A stretch of 64,000 nucleotides of DNA from Blepharisma stoltei ATCC 30299 (taxonomy: Eukaryota; Protista; Ciliophora). Under the pieces are notes generated by a model, which had not been told where the DNA came from, searched no databases, and saw nothing but the letters and a program-made list of their open reading frames with translations. Below are positions 12,977 through 25,000 of the stretch, one piece after another. The DNA lies in the NCBI GenBank assembly GCA_965603825.1, contig CBFDEM010000057.1, positions 558,001 through 622,000 on the forward strand, written 5' to 3'. The position numbers and the translations under genes were made by a program. Position 1 is the stretch's first letter. Each line of letters opens with the position of its first letter.

Positions 12977-13907
12977 GATCATTTTCTAAATTTTAGAGCA
13001 AGACCATGAAGAATATTATCTTTATATGCGGCATAAACTGTGATCTATTGCTTAGATTAGTTTACAGTAATTGAAGGCCAACTATTAAAAAATTAGATGA
13101 TATTATAATAGCAAGAGAAGCTAATAAAAGCCATGAAAATGATAAACTCAAAAAATACTTATAGAAATGAATGTTGACGAATCTTTAATGGAAGATCTTG
13201 ATGTTTATGAAAATATTAATTTGCAAAAAGGTATTTCAGAAGTAAAACTAATAAAATGAATTGAGACTTAATGATGTAATTCATGTTTACTTAATGGAAA
13301 TAATTGAAAAGAAAACAGAGAAGAAAGGTTCTTTGAAATATATGAGATTGATAATCATGCAAGTTTTCAAGGTTTTCAAGGAGATCAGCCTGAAGAACTC
13401 GGCTTTAATCAAGTAATTAATTCTAAGACAATCATTGAGATCAAATTAAGGAGATTAATACGGAAAAAATCGAATTATCTGGAGATTTAGCTGATTCGAA
13501 AGACAATCAAAACACCAATTAGAGGAGGTTGGTCATAAAGAAATTAAACTATTGATATAAAGCGCCCAAATCATTAACAAGGCACTTCAAAGATGGATCT
13601 TTTGACACTTTGAGTTGAATAGATCTGCCTTCTATTTTTGCTTGCTTATCTTATGCAGGTGCTGTAATTTTTTTGCCTTCTATTTTTGCTTCATTAGGTC
13701 ACTGCAGCTGTTGTAAATGTTTCTCTGCTGTCTCAAAAAAAAAGTAGCTCCAACTAATTTAGATTCAAAGGCAAAAGCAGAGAGTAAATAAATAATCCAT
13801 AAATATTAAGTATTCAAAGAGCGCAAAGTGCGTAGTAAATATAGCAAATCATACATATAATTTGTTACTATAAATCATATTTAGTTCCTAATATAAAATA
13901 AATATAT

Positions 13908-16510
13908 ATGGATACTTTATGTAGATATTGCGGAGTATTTGAAGCTTATTACCAATGTGACTCCTGCAAAAAACAATTTTGTATTGAAGACTGATTTAAA
14001 GCTCACCCCAAAGCTTTACACCAACAACTCAGAATTATTTTGCCAATTAATAAAAAATCAAGCGAGACATTATTGAAATTGTTAGAATTCATAAAGAAAG
14101 AATCTTTAATATTTTTAATTGCATAAAAAAGAAATCTATAGAAAGCAATCAGAGCACTCTTAAAGATATAGCTAAAAATCATATGGTAATTAATATTTGA
14201 TGCAACACAATGATATTTCGTATTATGTGAACAAAATTTGTTAGCAAAAAACTTTTATATACTCCGCTCGAATATTTTTTAATAAATCCTCATGAATTAG
14301 CAGAGCAATATACAAAGGGATTTAATTTATTAGAGTTTAAAGACAGCCCATTGAGGTATATGTTTGATTTTATTTTGGATAATTATTCAAAGTATTGTTC
14401 TAAGAGCACATATGGCCTATACTGATCGATAAATAATAATTTATCTATGCTAGGGTTTATTATAGAAGCATTACAAACCTTTCTCAAACATCACCAATAT
14501 GGGCCTGCTTATGAGTTATTAGACAATTTAAAAGAGTTTTCATTCTATATTAAATTATCCAAGAGTGGTATAAATAATGACATTGATATCATGCAATGCT
14601 TTTTAGTTTATCTTAGTCAAAATTTGGATTTTGACATGGAACTGTGAAATCAAGCAGAAAATAATGTTAAATCGAACGGAATCCATATGTGACAGTTTTT
14701 ATTTTTTAATTTTTTTCAAACGATTTTTCAAATAGCGAATTGCAGGAAGTATTTTGTGAAGTGCTCTAAATTTTTGATTAATTTAACTAAACTTAACAAC
14801 TCTGGCCTCCAATATTTGCATAAGATTTACAAAGAAATTGCATTTGGTGAAAGCAATCTTGAAAAACGAATAAAATATTACACAAAAGCTTATCACACTC
14901 TTGTAAAGAATATAAACTTGGTCCTTTCTAATAATAGATCAAATTTTATAGATATATATTTAATTCTAACAGACATGATTGAAGCTTATGAAACAAATTA
15001 TGAAACTGCAAAGTCCAAAATTGTCTTCAATAAATTCAAACACCTTTTAAAAAAAAAATTCCCTCCAAAATCTACAGAAGAATTTTGTTGATTTTTATTC
15101 TGTTTTGGAAAAATCTTCTATTTGAAAAACGATTATAAATCTGCACTAGAATATTTAGAAAGATCTTTAAAAGAAATGAAAAAACGAAAATATGTTGAAA
15201 ATTATTTATTTTGCTCAATTAATTATTATCTTGGACTTGCATTCTTCAAAGAAGGCAACTATGAATTAGCTATCAAAAAGATTTATAGCTCCAAAAGAAT
15301 CCTAGAGGCACAATTGCCTAAAGAGAGTGAATTTGCTATAAAATTAAATAGAGCTTTAGGGCGCATTTATATGTCCCGGCATTGATGTGATGAAGCTCTA
15401 AAATATTTCAAATTAATAAAAGAGTCAGGAGAATACAATGATTATAGGATTGATTATTGAATTGGAGAAATATATTATAAAAAAGGAGAAATTGATAGAC
15501 CTTTGAATATATTTGAAAATTATTTGTCATTACTTCTTGAAAGTGATCATGAGAGTGCCTCTAAGGCTAATGAAATTATATTGCTTTATAATTATATTGC
15601 AAATTTATATAATAGGCTTGGCAATTATGAAAAATTCAAGTGGTATACTGAAAAATGTTTTAATCTAGTTGATCATTGTTTTGGTAATTCAATCCTATCT
15701 TTAGAAACTCTTCCAGGCATTATTGAGCTCAGTCTGGCAGAAGAGAATTATGAGCGATGTGAAGATATTTGCCTGAAATCATTGAAATTTTTTTCAAATA
15801 TATTAGATGAAAATGGTAAATTTCATATACATATCTTTCTTTTGAGAGCTTATGAGCTCAAAGAAAATTACGAAATGGCTGACAAAGAAGTGGACTACTT
15901 GCAATTGAATATAGGTAATTTTAGTAATAAAAAATATTATATCTCTCAAATCCTTGGATTAATTTCAATTGCAACGGTATTTCGAAACAGAAGCAATTAT
16001 ATAAAAGCAGAAGCTTCATTAATAGATGCTAAGCAAATACATGAAAGAAATCTAAAAACTTGATTATGACTTAAAATAGGTGTTTATGTAGAAATAGGCG
16101 TGCTATATAAAGCGATGGGAAGGCTAGAAGAATCAGAGCTTTATTTCCTTAATGTTTTAGACATTTACTCAAGCACCTTTTATGATACTAAGGCAATTTT
16201 GAATGCTTATGCTGGATTAGCAGATATAAATAGAATGAAAAATGACATTTCGAAACAAAAATATTATTTATTAAAATTTATTGAGCTCTATAAAGAAAAA
16301 AATTGTAATCATCATCCACTATATTATATTGTGCTAGTTTTGCTGATCAAAATATGTAAAGAAGATAAAGATGATGTAAAAGGAATTGCATGCTGATTAG
16401 ATCTTAAGGAATATTTCGACAAAACCTATCCTGGGAGGAGTGTTGAATGCGCAGAAATATTCGATGAGAACAAAAATTTGACAGGCAGAATAAATCTTGA
16501 CAAATATTAA
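13908..16510 (+). CDS. B-box-type zinc finger + TPR-repeat protein, with one apparent frameshift near 14052-14057
   Basis: MDTLCRYC..QCDSCKKQFC..H..H in one frame. A second frame is open from about 14054 to TAA 16508-16510 apart from TGA codons. TPR motifs such as YYLGLAFFKEGNYELA and IGVLYKAMGRLEESELYF. Confidence 0.65.
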
Positions 16511-16823
16511 TAGAATAATTATTATTTAGCATAATAAGACAAATTTTATGGCTCAAAAGAAGCTAATTTTTTTTCAAAATAGATTAAATGCTGACCGTTT
16601 GCACAATGCTTACTTTTATTTTTACTTTTACTTGTATAAATCTTATGATGGATTTGCATTTGTGCTTAAGTTGTTTCACCGATATATTGGGCTAATTTTA
16701 TTATGATTAATATCTGAGATGTTTTTAATAAAATATAAAAATCTAAGATATATGCTTATTTATGGACATGCTGAATGCAATTTTTTATACTTCAGAAATA
16801 TCAATTAATTTAGGTTTACAAAA

Positions 16824-17522
16824 ATGAATATTCTTATCACAATTTATAGCACCACAGGAATCTTTATATCTTTTATCCTCAATTTGACTCCAATTCCTTC
16901 TCTCATCAAAGCCAATATAACTCGAGACATTTCAGAAATTTCTCATGCATATCTCATAATGGCAAGCGCAAATTATCTCAATTGATGCCTTTATGCTACC
17001 AAGGTAGATTTGCTCGGTCCTCTAATTAATAACTTAATCGGATTGTGTTTCACAATAGCATACATTATAGTTTATCACAAAATTAAAGGTGATATTTGGA
17101 AATTTGGCCCAATTTATTTTAGTTGCTGTGCATGCATCTCATTAATAATGTTCAAAGTGCCTCCAAGCGATTTATTAGGGCTTCTTTCTGTAGGACTGTC
17201 AGCATTACAATATATGGCACCGATTGAACAAATAAAGCCAGCCTTGCTGAATAAAGATCCAAAATATATAGATATCTTTCTTATCCCTGCTTTAATGAGT
17301 AACGCTGCTGTTTGGGGAGTTTATGGATTTTTAGTTGATGACTGATTTATTATTATACCAAATTTGATGGGCTTATTGTTTTCTTTATTTCAAATTTTAG
17401 TATATGTATGGGCTCAAGGATTTTTACCCCATCCTACTTTTTCTTGGCTTGCGAATAAAATTAGAGAAAAGCCCATAAAAATGACTGAGGATGACACAAT
17501 TGAGTTTCAAAATAAGGATTAA
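16824..17522 (+). CDS. SWEET/MtN3-saliva sugar transporter (about 232 aa)
   Basis: Two MtN3 repeats: LTPIP..NW(TGA)CLYA..NLIG and YMAPIEQ..VWGVYG..IIPNLMG. Ends at TAA 17520-17522. Confidence 0.85.
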
Positions 17523-17864
17523 CTAAACTTTTAATGTCAGAGTGATGCTCTTTCTAATATATCTATCATGCAATCATAATAATTTATTTTCATTAATATA
17601 TGCAAAAAAGTTACAATTATTTCAAGGTTCTTATAATATTATAAATAGATTCTTTGATAGCGAGTAGCACCCTCATCAACATCAAATTATTGCCATTTGT
17701 AATATAGAATCGATGATCCAATAAATAGTAAAGTTAAAAAGAACATTGGAAGTATTGAGCTTCCAAAGCCGAAATCTGCAGTAACTACCACAGTCGATTT
17801 AGCTGCTAAAGCAAGCCCAACTTTACTATTTTCAGCCTTTTCTCTATTAAATTAAATATGATAA

Positions 17865-18716
17865 ATGAGACTTTCAGACATTATTATAAATTCATCACAA
17901 AGCTCCCAAGACAGTACACCAGTAAAACTCAATAAAAATTCTTTCAATCCTCTAAATTTTGAAAGCCCAGACTTTCAAAAAACCTATGAACTTTGCAATT
18001 GCTGCAAACAAAATTTTCCTCTTTCTTCAAGATCTCATGTTTGTAAAAACTGCAAAACTTTTAATTGCAGCAAACATTTGATATTAGAAAACAGATATGA
18101 CGCAGAAAGAATATGTGAAGCCTGCTACAAAGAAAAAATTTCAATCCAAAGATATGAAGAACTTAAAGAGGTCGAAGAAACCATTCAGAAAGAAATCCAG
18201 CTCTGTCTGCATGAGCGTGAAAAGAAAACAATTCTCCTTACTAAAGAGATCACCCACACAAAATCGCTACGAAAACAGCTAAAGACCTATTCTGCAGGTG
18301 CAGAAGAAAAAGCTAAATTGTTAGAACTTCAAGTTTCACTTGAAAAAGAAGAAGTTTTAAAGCTGAAAGAAAGCTTAGAAATGTACGAAGGACAAAAAGA
18401 GGCCAAAAAGTACACCGAAGATGCTTCTAATAGATGGCTCACAAAAATCCAAATGGAATACAGCGAGAAAGCAAGTTTAGAAAATTCTTTGGAATCACAG
18501 ATTTCAGAGCTTAAAACAAAAAATAATTCCTTAGAAAATACTTTAAGGGCTATGATTCCTATAGAAACTGTAGCAGAAAACCTCTGCAAAATTTGCCTGC
18601 TTAAGTGCAAAAGCGTTTTCGCTTCTGTTCCTATTCCCCCCAAATTAAAGTCCAGAATTAGTAGCAGATTCGTAAATGAATTAGTTAGGGATAAATGTGC
18701 TTGTCAAATAATTTAA
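17865..18716 (+). CDS. FYVE-like zinc finger, coiled-coil, C-terminal CaaX protein
   Basis: CNCCKQNF...RSHVCKNCKTFNCSKH...RICEACY, then a heptad-rich region, ending CACQII. Confidence 0.75.
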   Translation: MRLSDIIINSSQSSQDSTPVKLNKNSFNPLNFESPDFQKTYELCNCCKQNFPLSSRSHVCKNCKTFNCSKHLILENRYDAERICEACYKEKISIQRYEELKEVEETIQKEIQLCLHEREKKTILLTKEITHTKSLRKQLKTYSAGAEEKAKLLELQVSLEKEEVLKLKESLEMYEGQKEAKKYTEDASNRWLTKIQMEYSEKASLENSLESQISELKTKNNSLENTLRAMIPIETVAENLCKICLLKCKSVFASVPIPPKLKSRISSRFVNELVRDKCACQII

Positions 18717-18746
18717 CTTTATTTAGCTTAAAAATATCCGTTTATT

Positions 18747-21700
18747 ATGAAAAAGCTTAGCACTTACCAGACTTTTGAGAATTCTTTGCAATCTGAAGAC
18801 TGGGACAAAATCGTGTTTTTGCAAGCCAATAAAACAAGGCTGAATCTGGCTTATTTTTTTTATTTGATTTCATTCGGTACTTTTTACTTATTCAATAGAT
18901 GAAGCCCTCTGCTAGACCTTTGGAAATATGATATTTGTTTGCCGAATGAAGCAAGTTATGTGATGATTATAGCGAAAGATGGGAGTCACACTATTATTCC
19001 TATTGAAATTATTGAAGTTCCTTTATCAACACTTGGGTATTTTGCTAGTGAGAAAACAGTTGAAATTAAGGTAAAACTTATATAGACTTTTGTATTTAGA
19101 TTTGTTAGGTATTATATGAAAAACGATAATTATACTTTTCTACCTTTGAAATTCGAGACTAACTACACTGGAGCCGATTTTCATGAAAAACTTGGCAAAG
19201 GGATTGCAAATCCTTATGAAGTCACCTTAAGAAGAAAATTATTTGGGGAATGCGAAATCAATGTGCCAATTCCTTCAATTTTCTCTCTTATATTTATCGA
19301 AGTGACTCATCCTTTTTTCCTCTTCCAAACATTTAGTGTCCTCCTCTGATGTTATGAAGAATACTACCTCTATTCAAGCGTTATTTTCATTTTTTCTATT
19401 ATTTCTGTCACAACAACAGTATCAGAAATTAGAAGCGGGATTTCTTCCATAAAGTCAATGGCGCGCTTTGAATGCTCTATATCAGCCTTCCGAGATTCTC
19501 AATGAAAAACAATTTCAAGTAAAGAGCTTGTCCCAGGCGATCTCATTCATCTTCCAGAGCACACACAAATTCCATGTGACGTGGTTCTCATTAGTGGCAG
19601 CTGCTTAGTTGATGAAAGTATGCTGACCGGTGAATCTCAGCCTGTGTTAAAAGAACAAATTTCTACAGCCAATTTTTATGTGTATAATGATGATAAAAAC
19701 TGCACAATTAGCTCTGGGACAAAATCATTGTCTCATAAAGGAAGCTGTGAGGCCATTGTAATCGCGACTGGATTTGCTACTGCAAAAGGAAGCTTGATAA
19801 GGTCAATTTTGTTCCCAAAGCCAAACAGATTTGGGTTTGTGTCGGATTCTATGAAATTCATATTAATTATGACTGCAATTGCAGTGGCTGGGTTCATTTG
19901 GACTTTTGTAGAACTTGCTGATGATGATATAGACCTATTAAATAAAATTTTAGCAGGGCTGGATTTAGTAACTATTATAATACCGCCTGCGTTGCCATTT
20001 GCTATGACAGTTGGCACTGCTTTTGCAATTTCTAGGATGTATCGTAAAAATATCACTTGTATTTCTCCACCAGCAGTGAATGCTGCTGGAAGGATTTCAA
20101 TTGTATGTTTCGATAAAACAGGAACCTTAACAAAAGACTCAATGACTTTAAAAGGGGTTTGGGACGCAAATTTTGGACTTTTTACTGATAATTTATTGGA
20201 ATGCTCTCAGATTTTCCAAGAAAATATGGCAACTTGCCAGTCTTTGACGCGTTTAGATGGGAAACTTATAGGAGATCCTCAAGAAGAAGAAATTTTTAAA
20301 AAATTGTCATGGGAATGGATTGAAAGTGATAGTGAGAGATGCAAGGTAAGGAAAAATGACGTTGAGATCAAGATAAAAAACTTATTTTATTTTTCACCTG
20401 TAACAAAGCGCATGGGAGTTATTATAGAAAATCAGCAAGGAATAGGCTTGCATTTGAAAGGGGCACCAGAAGTAATTATTCCATTATGCAAAGAGTATCC
20501 AGAAAATTTGGAAAACCTTATAAAATTGTACTCCAGTCAAAGCTATAGGATTTTAGCATGTGCTTATAAATCCTTACCAGACTATAACCCTAATGAGAAT
20601 TATGAAAATGACCTGATTTTTTTAGGCTTGATTTTGCTCCAAAATGAAATTAAGCCAAATTCATATGAAGTAATTTCCGAGCTTAAATGTGCCACCATTA
20701 AATGCATTATGTCAACTGGTGATTCTTTAGTTACTGCTGCATCTATTGGCAAAGAATGCGGAATTATCCCAAGTAGTAGCTCTGTTGTCTATGGAAGTTT
20801 ATTGGATAGAAATGTAGTATGAAAAAACGATGCTAGTAAAGCCATTGATATCACACAGTTGTCAGACAATTTCTGTTTGGTTCTTACAGGTGAGCTTCTG
20901 GAGTTCATGGCTTCCATTTCTCATCAAAGCTTACCTATTGTCCTTGATAAAGGCTTAATTTTTAGCAGGATGTCACCTGACCAAAAAGTCTTATTAATCC
21001 AACTGCTTCAAACTAATAACACTATGGTCGCCATGGTAGGAGATGGTGCCAATGACTGTGGAGCCTTAAAGGCAGCTGATGTCGGTCTGAGCTTGAGTGA
21101 GGCTGAATCTTCAATAGCTGCCCCATTTAACGGGACCAGACTTAATGGTATTATTGATATTATAAAAGAAGGCAGAGCATCCTTAGTTACTTGTTTACAA
21201 ACCTTCAAATTTATCATGATGTATAGTCTCGTCCAGTTTTCTGTGATAAATATTTTATATTTATTAGACAACAATATGACTGACAGTCAATATTTATATC
21301 AAGATTTATTTTTAATTATGCCGCTTGCTGTGTTTATGGCTTATACAGGGGCTTATGATAAGCTTGCTAAATTTATGCCTCCTGGCGCTTTAGTGTCAAT
21401 ACCAATTATCTCATCCTTGATCGGGCATTTTGCTGTCGTGGTGATTGGCCAAACTATGGGGTATTTTGCACTGATTTTGCATGATTTTTATAAAGAGTCA
21501 GGAAGCAGCTTAGAAGTTGCAGCAGAAGGACATAGTAATACAGTTTTATTTCTTATAAGCACAGCTCAGCTATTGTGCGTTGGGATATGTCTTAATATTG
21601 GGCCTCCTTTTAGAAAACCTGCATACGAGAATTATTTGTTTACAATTGCTGCTGTAATCGCAGGGGGGCTTAATTTGTATTTGATATTCATGCCTTCTGA

Positions 21701-21863
21701 AGGTGTACAAGACATTCTAGGGCTTGTTGATATTCCACTGGAGTTTTCGTTTGTGATATTTGCAATTGTTTGTCTGGGATTTGCGTGTTCATTTGTTCAT
21801 GAAAGAGTATTCATTGATTTTCTGAGCCTTTCTACAAATAGTTTGAATAAGTCACTTAATTAA
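18747..21863 (+). CDS. P5B-type ATPase (ATP13A2-5/Ypk9 family), about 1033 aa, one 15-nt intron
   Basis: DESMLTGES, PPALP (P5B signature), CFDKTGTLT, KGAPE, TGD and GDGANDCGALK motifs. Intron at 19071-19085. Confidence 0.92.
19071..19085 (+). other. 15-nt spliceosomal intron gtaaaacttatatag
   Basis: GT..AG, A at position 10, and it contains the only in-frame TAG in the P5 ATPase frame. Confidence 0.85.
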
Positions 21864-22075
21864 GATTTTATACTATAAGATAATAAAATTAATAATTATG
21901 GAAAATATTTTAATACCTAAGTATAGCAATATATCTAGGAAGGAGTAAGATGCTAATAAAATGTATATAAATTTCTATAAAAGATTTAACTAATATGTAA
22001 ATCATAAAGCATGATATATTTAATCGTTAAAAATTATGCATGATAATTTAAAATATTAAAAAATTTTCTTATAAC

Positions 22076-25000
22076 TTATTCTTCATCTACAACAATATCT
22101 TTATCATGCTTCGGTACAATAAAATAGCAGGGTAAAGATCTTCCTGTCGGCTCATAGGTTACAATCTTATTAAAATCATAATCAAACCTATCAGGCATCT
22201 GCGCTTCGGCAATACTTCTAGTCACTTCACTTATATTAATTCGTCCAGCGGACCCATTGCTTTCCATTTTATTCGCTATATCATTATCTGGGCCATAAAT
22301 ATCGTACCTCACAATATTCGTCCCAGTGATCCCAGCTATAACTTCTCCAGTATGGATCCCAATCCTCATATTTAAGTTGATTTTTTTGCTTTTATTGACC
22401 CTTTTGATAGCTTTTATCATATCTAACGCCATTTCTACTACATTGACACATTCAGTGTTAGGGTCTCGTTTTTCTCCATCTGTAAAGCTTAATATTACAT
22501 AGCAGTCGCCTATTGTATGAACTTTATAGACGTTATGCCTTACACATAGATGGTCGAAAATAGAGAAGAGTTTAGAAAGCATAGACACAACGTCTATTGG
22601 GTCTTTATTAGAAGACCACATAGTAAACCCGACGATATCAGCATAAAGAATAGTGACATCATAATACCTATCTGTAGTCGTCACGTCGTTATGTAAATTT
22701 CTCAGAACTTGTGGAGGAATCATTTGATTTAACAATTTTTCAGTGTTTTTAATTTCTTTTTGGGCTCTTTTATTCAAGTTATAAGCTCTTCTACTCTGCC
22801 ATTCAATTAAGAAGCTGAAAACTGCATTTATTGCAAAAAATACCAAAATATAAGCAGTTGCTTCTAGGGCAGATTCAGTATCAATTTGGCTTAGGAAAAT
22901 GATGCAGATTCAGTTTCCTAAATTTATTACAGTTGAAAATAAAATGTAGCCAAAAGGGAGACCACTGATATGGTTGATTACTACATTTGTGTACATAATT
23001 TCTAATGCGACAACATTTAAGAAGAGACTAGGCATCGTTGTAATAGAAACACAGCTAAGTAGGGATTCAATTAGGTAAAGGAGCATGACAGCTCAAGGAA
23101 AAAGAGGGTACTTGTAGAGCTTTTTGAATTTGAGGACCAAATAAAACATAGTAGCCAAACACAGTAACCTTAAAATGATTTCTGCAATAGAGCCTTGAGT
23201 CCTATAAGCATATGCAGCAATAAAAATAATAGTCCTTATTGTGTAAGTTACAATTGTAAGCCATAACCCAAATATCAACCCCGTCGTATCTCTTTCAATT
23301 GCAGAAAGTCGGAATTCGTTTTGCATGTCAGTTTCTCTGAAGCTGCACACAAGTCATTCAACAGGCCCTACAAGTTCAATATCTCCATCATCTTCTTCAT
23401 TGTTTAGGTCATTCAAATCAAACTTAGGTGCTGTTTTTATAGGCTCGTCCTCCACCGTAATTTGTTGGGTTTGCGATCTTTTATCATCTGTCATCAATGG
23501 GTCTTGACTTTTCTCTAACACTTCAATAGAGTTATCATCATTCCCTTTATGGTCATTTCCCAAAAATACAGCCCTTCTGGTTTTTCTTCTCGCTTTTTGT
23601 GTTTCTACTATAAAAGTGTTTAGAATTCCTTTCCCTTTGGCTTCAACTTTGTTTGGTATAAAATTATATTTGGTATGATCTTTGATGTAATTGTAAGTGT
23701 CCATTGAAATTTGGATGGAGTCTGGAGACTTAAGGGTCGAGCACATCCTGGAGGCTGTGTTTACTGTATCTCCGACCAGAGAAAATTGAGGCTTATGCTC
23801 CCCTACAACTCCTGCTATAACTGAGCCTGTATTTATTCCAATTTTTACTTGAAGTTTGTGACCGTTTTTTAGTGAAACTGGCTCAAGCTTTTCCAGGATT
23901 TTTATTGCAGCTTCCAAGCATCTTTCAGCATGGTTAAGTTTTAGCTGCTTACTAGAAAGATTAGCTTCGCTGTCAGCTAGTCCTCCACAAATCATGTAAG
24001 TTTTATTGACGGTCTCTATTTTCGTCACTCCTATTTTTTCACATAGCCCATCCAGCATCACAAAAAATTTGTCCAAAAGCTCCAAAAGTTCATTAGGCGA
24101 TAGGGTTGAACATATTTTGTCAAAATCATAAATATCACAAAATAGCACAGTTACGCTGTTCTGTTTTTCTGCAATATATCTAACACCTTCTTTTACCCTG
24201 TCTTTTACAAAGTTAGGGAGTAAGTTACTGAGAATATCTTGGCCTTTCTGAAACTGAAATTCAAGTTTTCTTTGGAAAACAAATTCCATTCTTGTAAATT
24301 TTTCTAACATATATCCCACATATGCACCAACCAAAAAGATCCCTATTGTAAGTGTTGCATAATTAAATAAAATAATTATGGCATCTGCGACACTGTGCTT
24401 TATTCCATACATAATGCCCATAAATACTAAATAAGCAAATAAAAAGAAAAAATTGATGATGCAGATCTTATAGTTTCCTACGTTAAATAGAAAGAAATTT
24501 GCTGTCAAAACTAAAGCGGTGCTTAAAGAGGAGTCATAACTGTATATCACTTCGTGCACAAATTTGAATAGGAGATAAGAGGCAACAAATATAAGGATTC
24601 ACATTTCAAATTGGTTTTGAAAATTCTTTCTTGTCGAAAGCCATATAATTAGGAGGGATAAAAACACTAAAATGCAGTAGGAGATAACAATCCTAAGGTC
24701 ACTAGAGTTTATGATAATGATATAAATTTCAAACACTATTCCAATAGTAATTACAAGCCTTGCTTCAGTTGTCATATACTTCATAATCTTTGAAGTCATA
24801 TGGGCTTTGAAAGTCTTTTCCACATAAGGATGTTTGAAATTTAAAAACCAGTTATGAAAGGCGTAATAGTCATAATCTTCGTCTTCATTAGACCCCATAT
24901 TTGAGTTTTTCGACTTAAACACTTTATTAAGAGATTTTGCATATTCTTTAACTCTCATTAATACAAGCTGAATTCTGTTTTTTGATCTCTGGATGTATCT

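Noticed and set aside
12977-13900. IES, MITE or DNA transposon
   Set aside because: No terminal inverted repeats or transposase motifs were found. TA boundaries alone are uninformative in AT-rich DNA.
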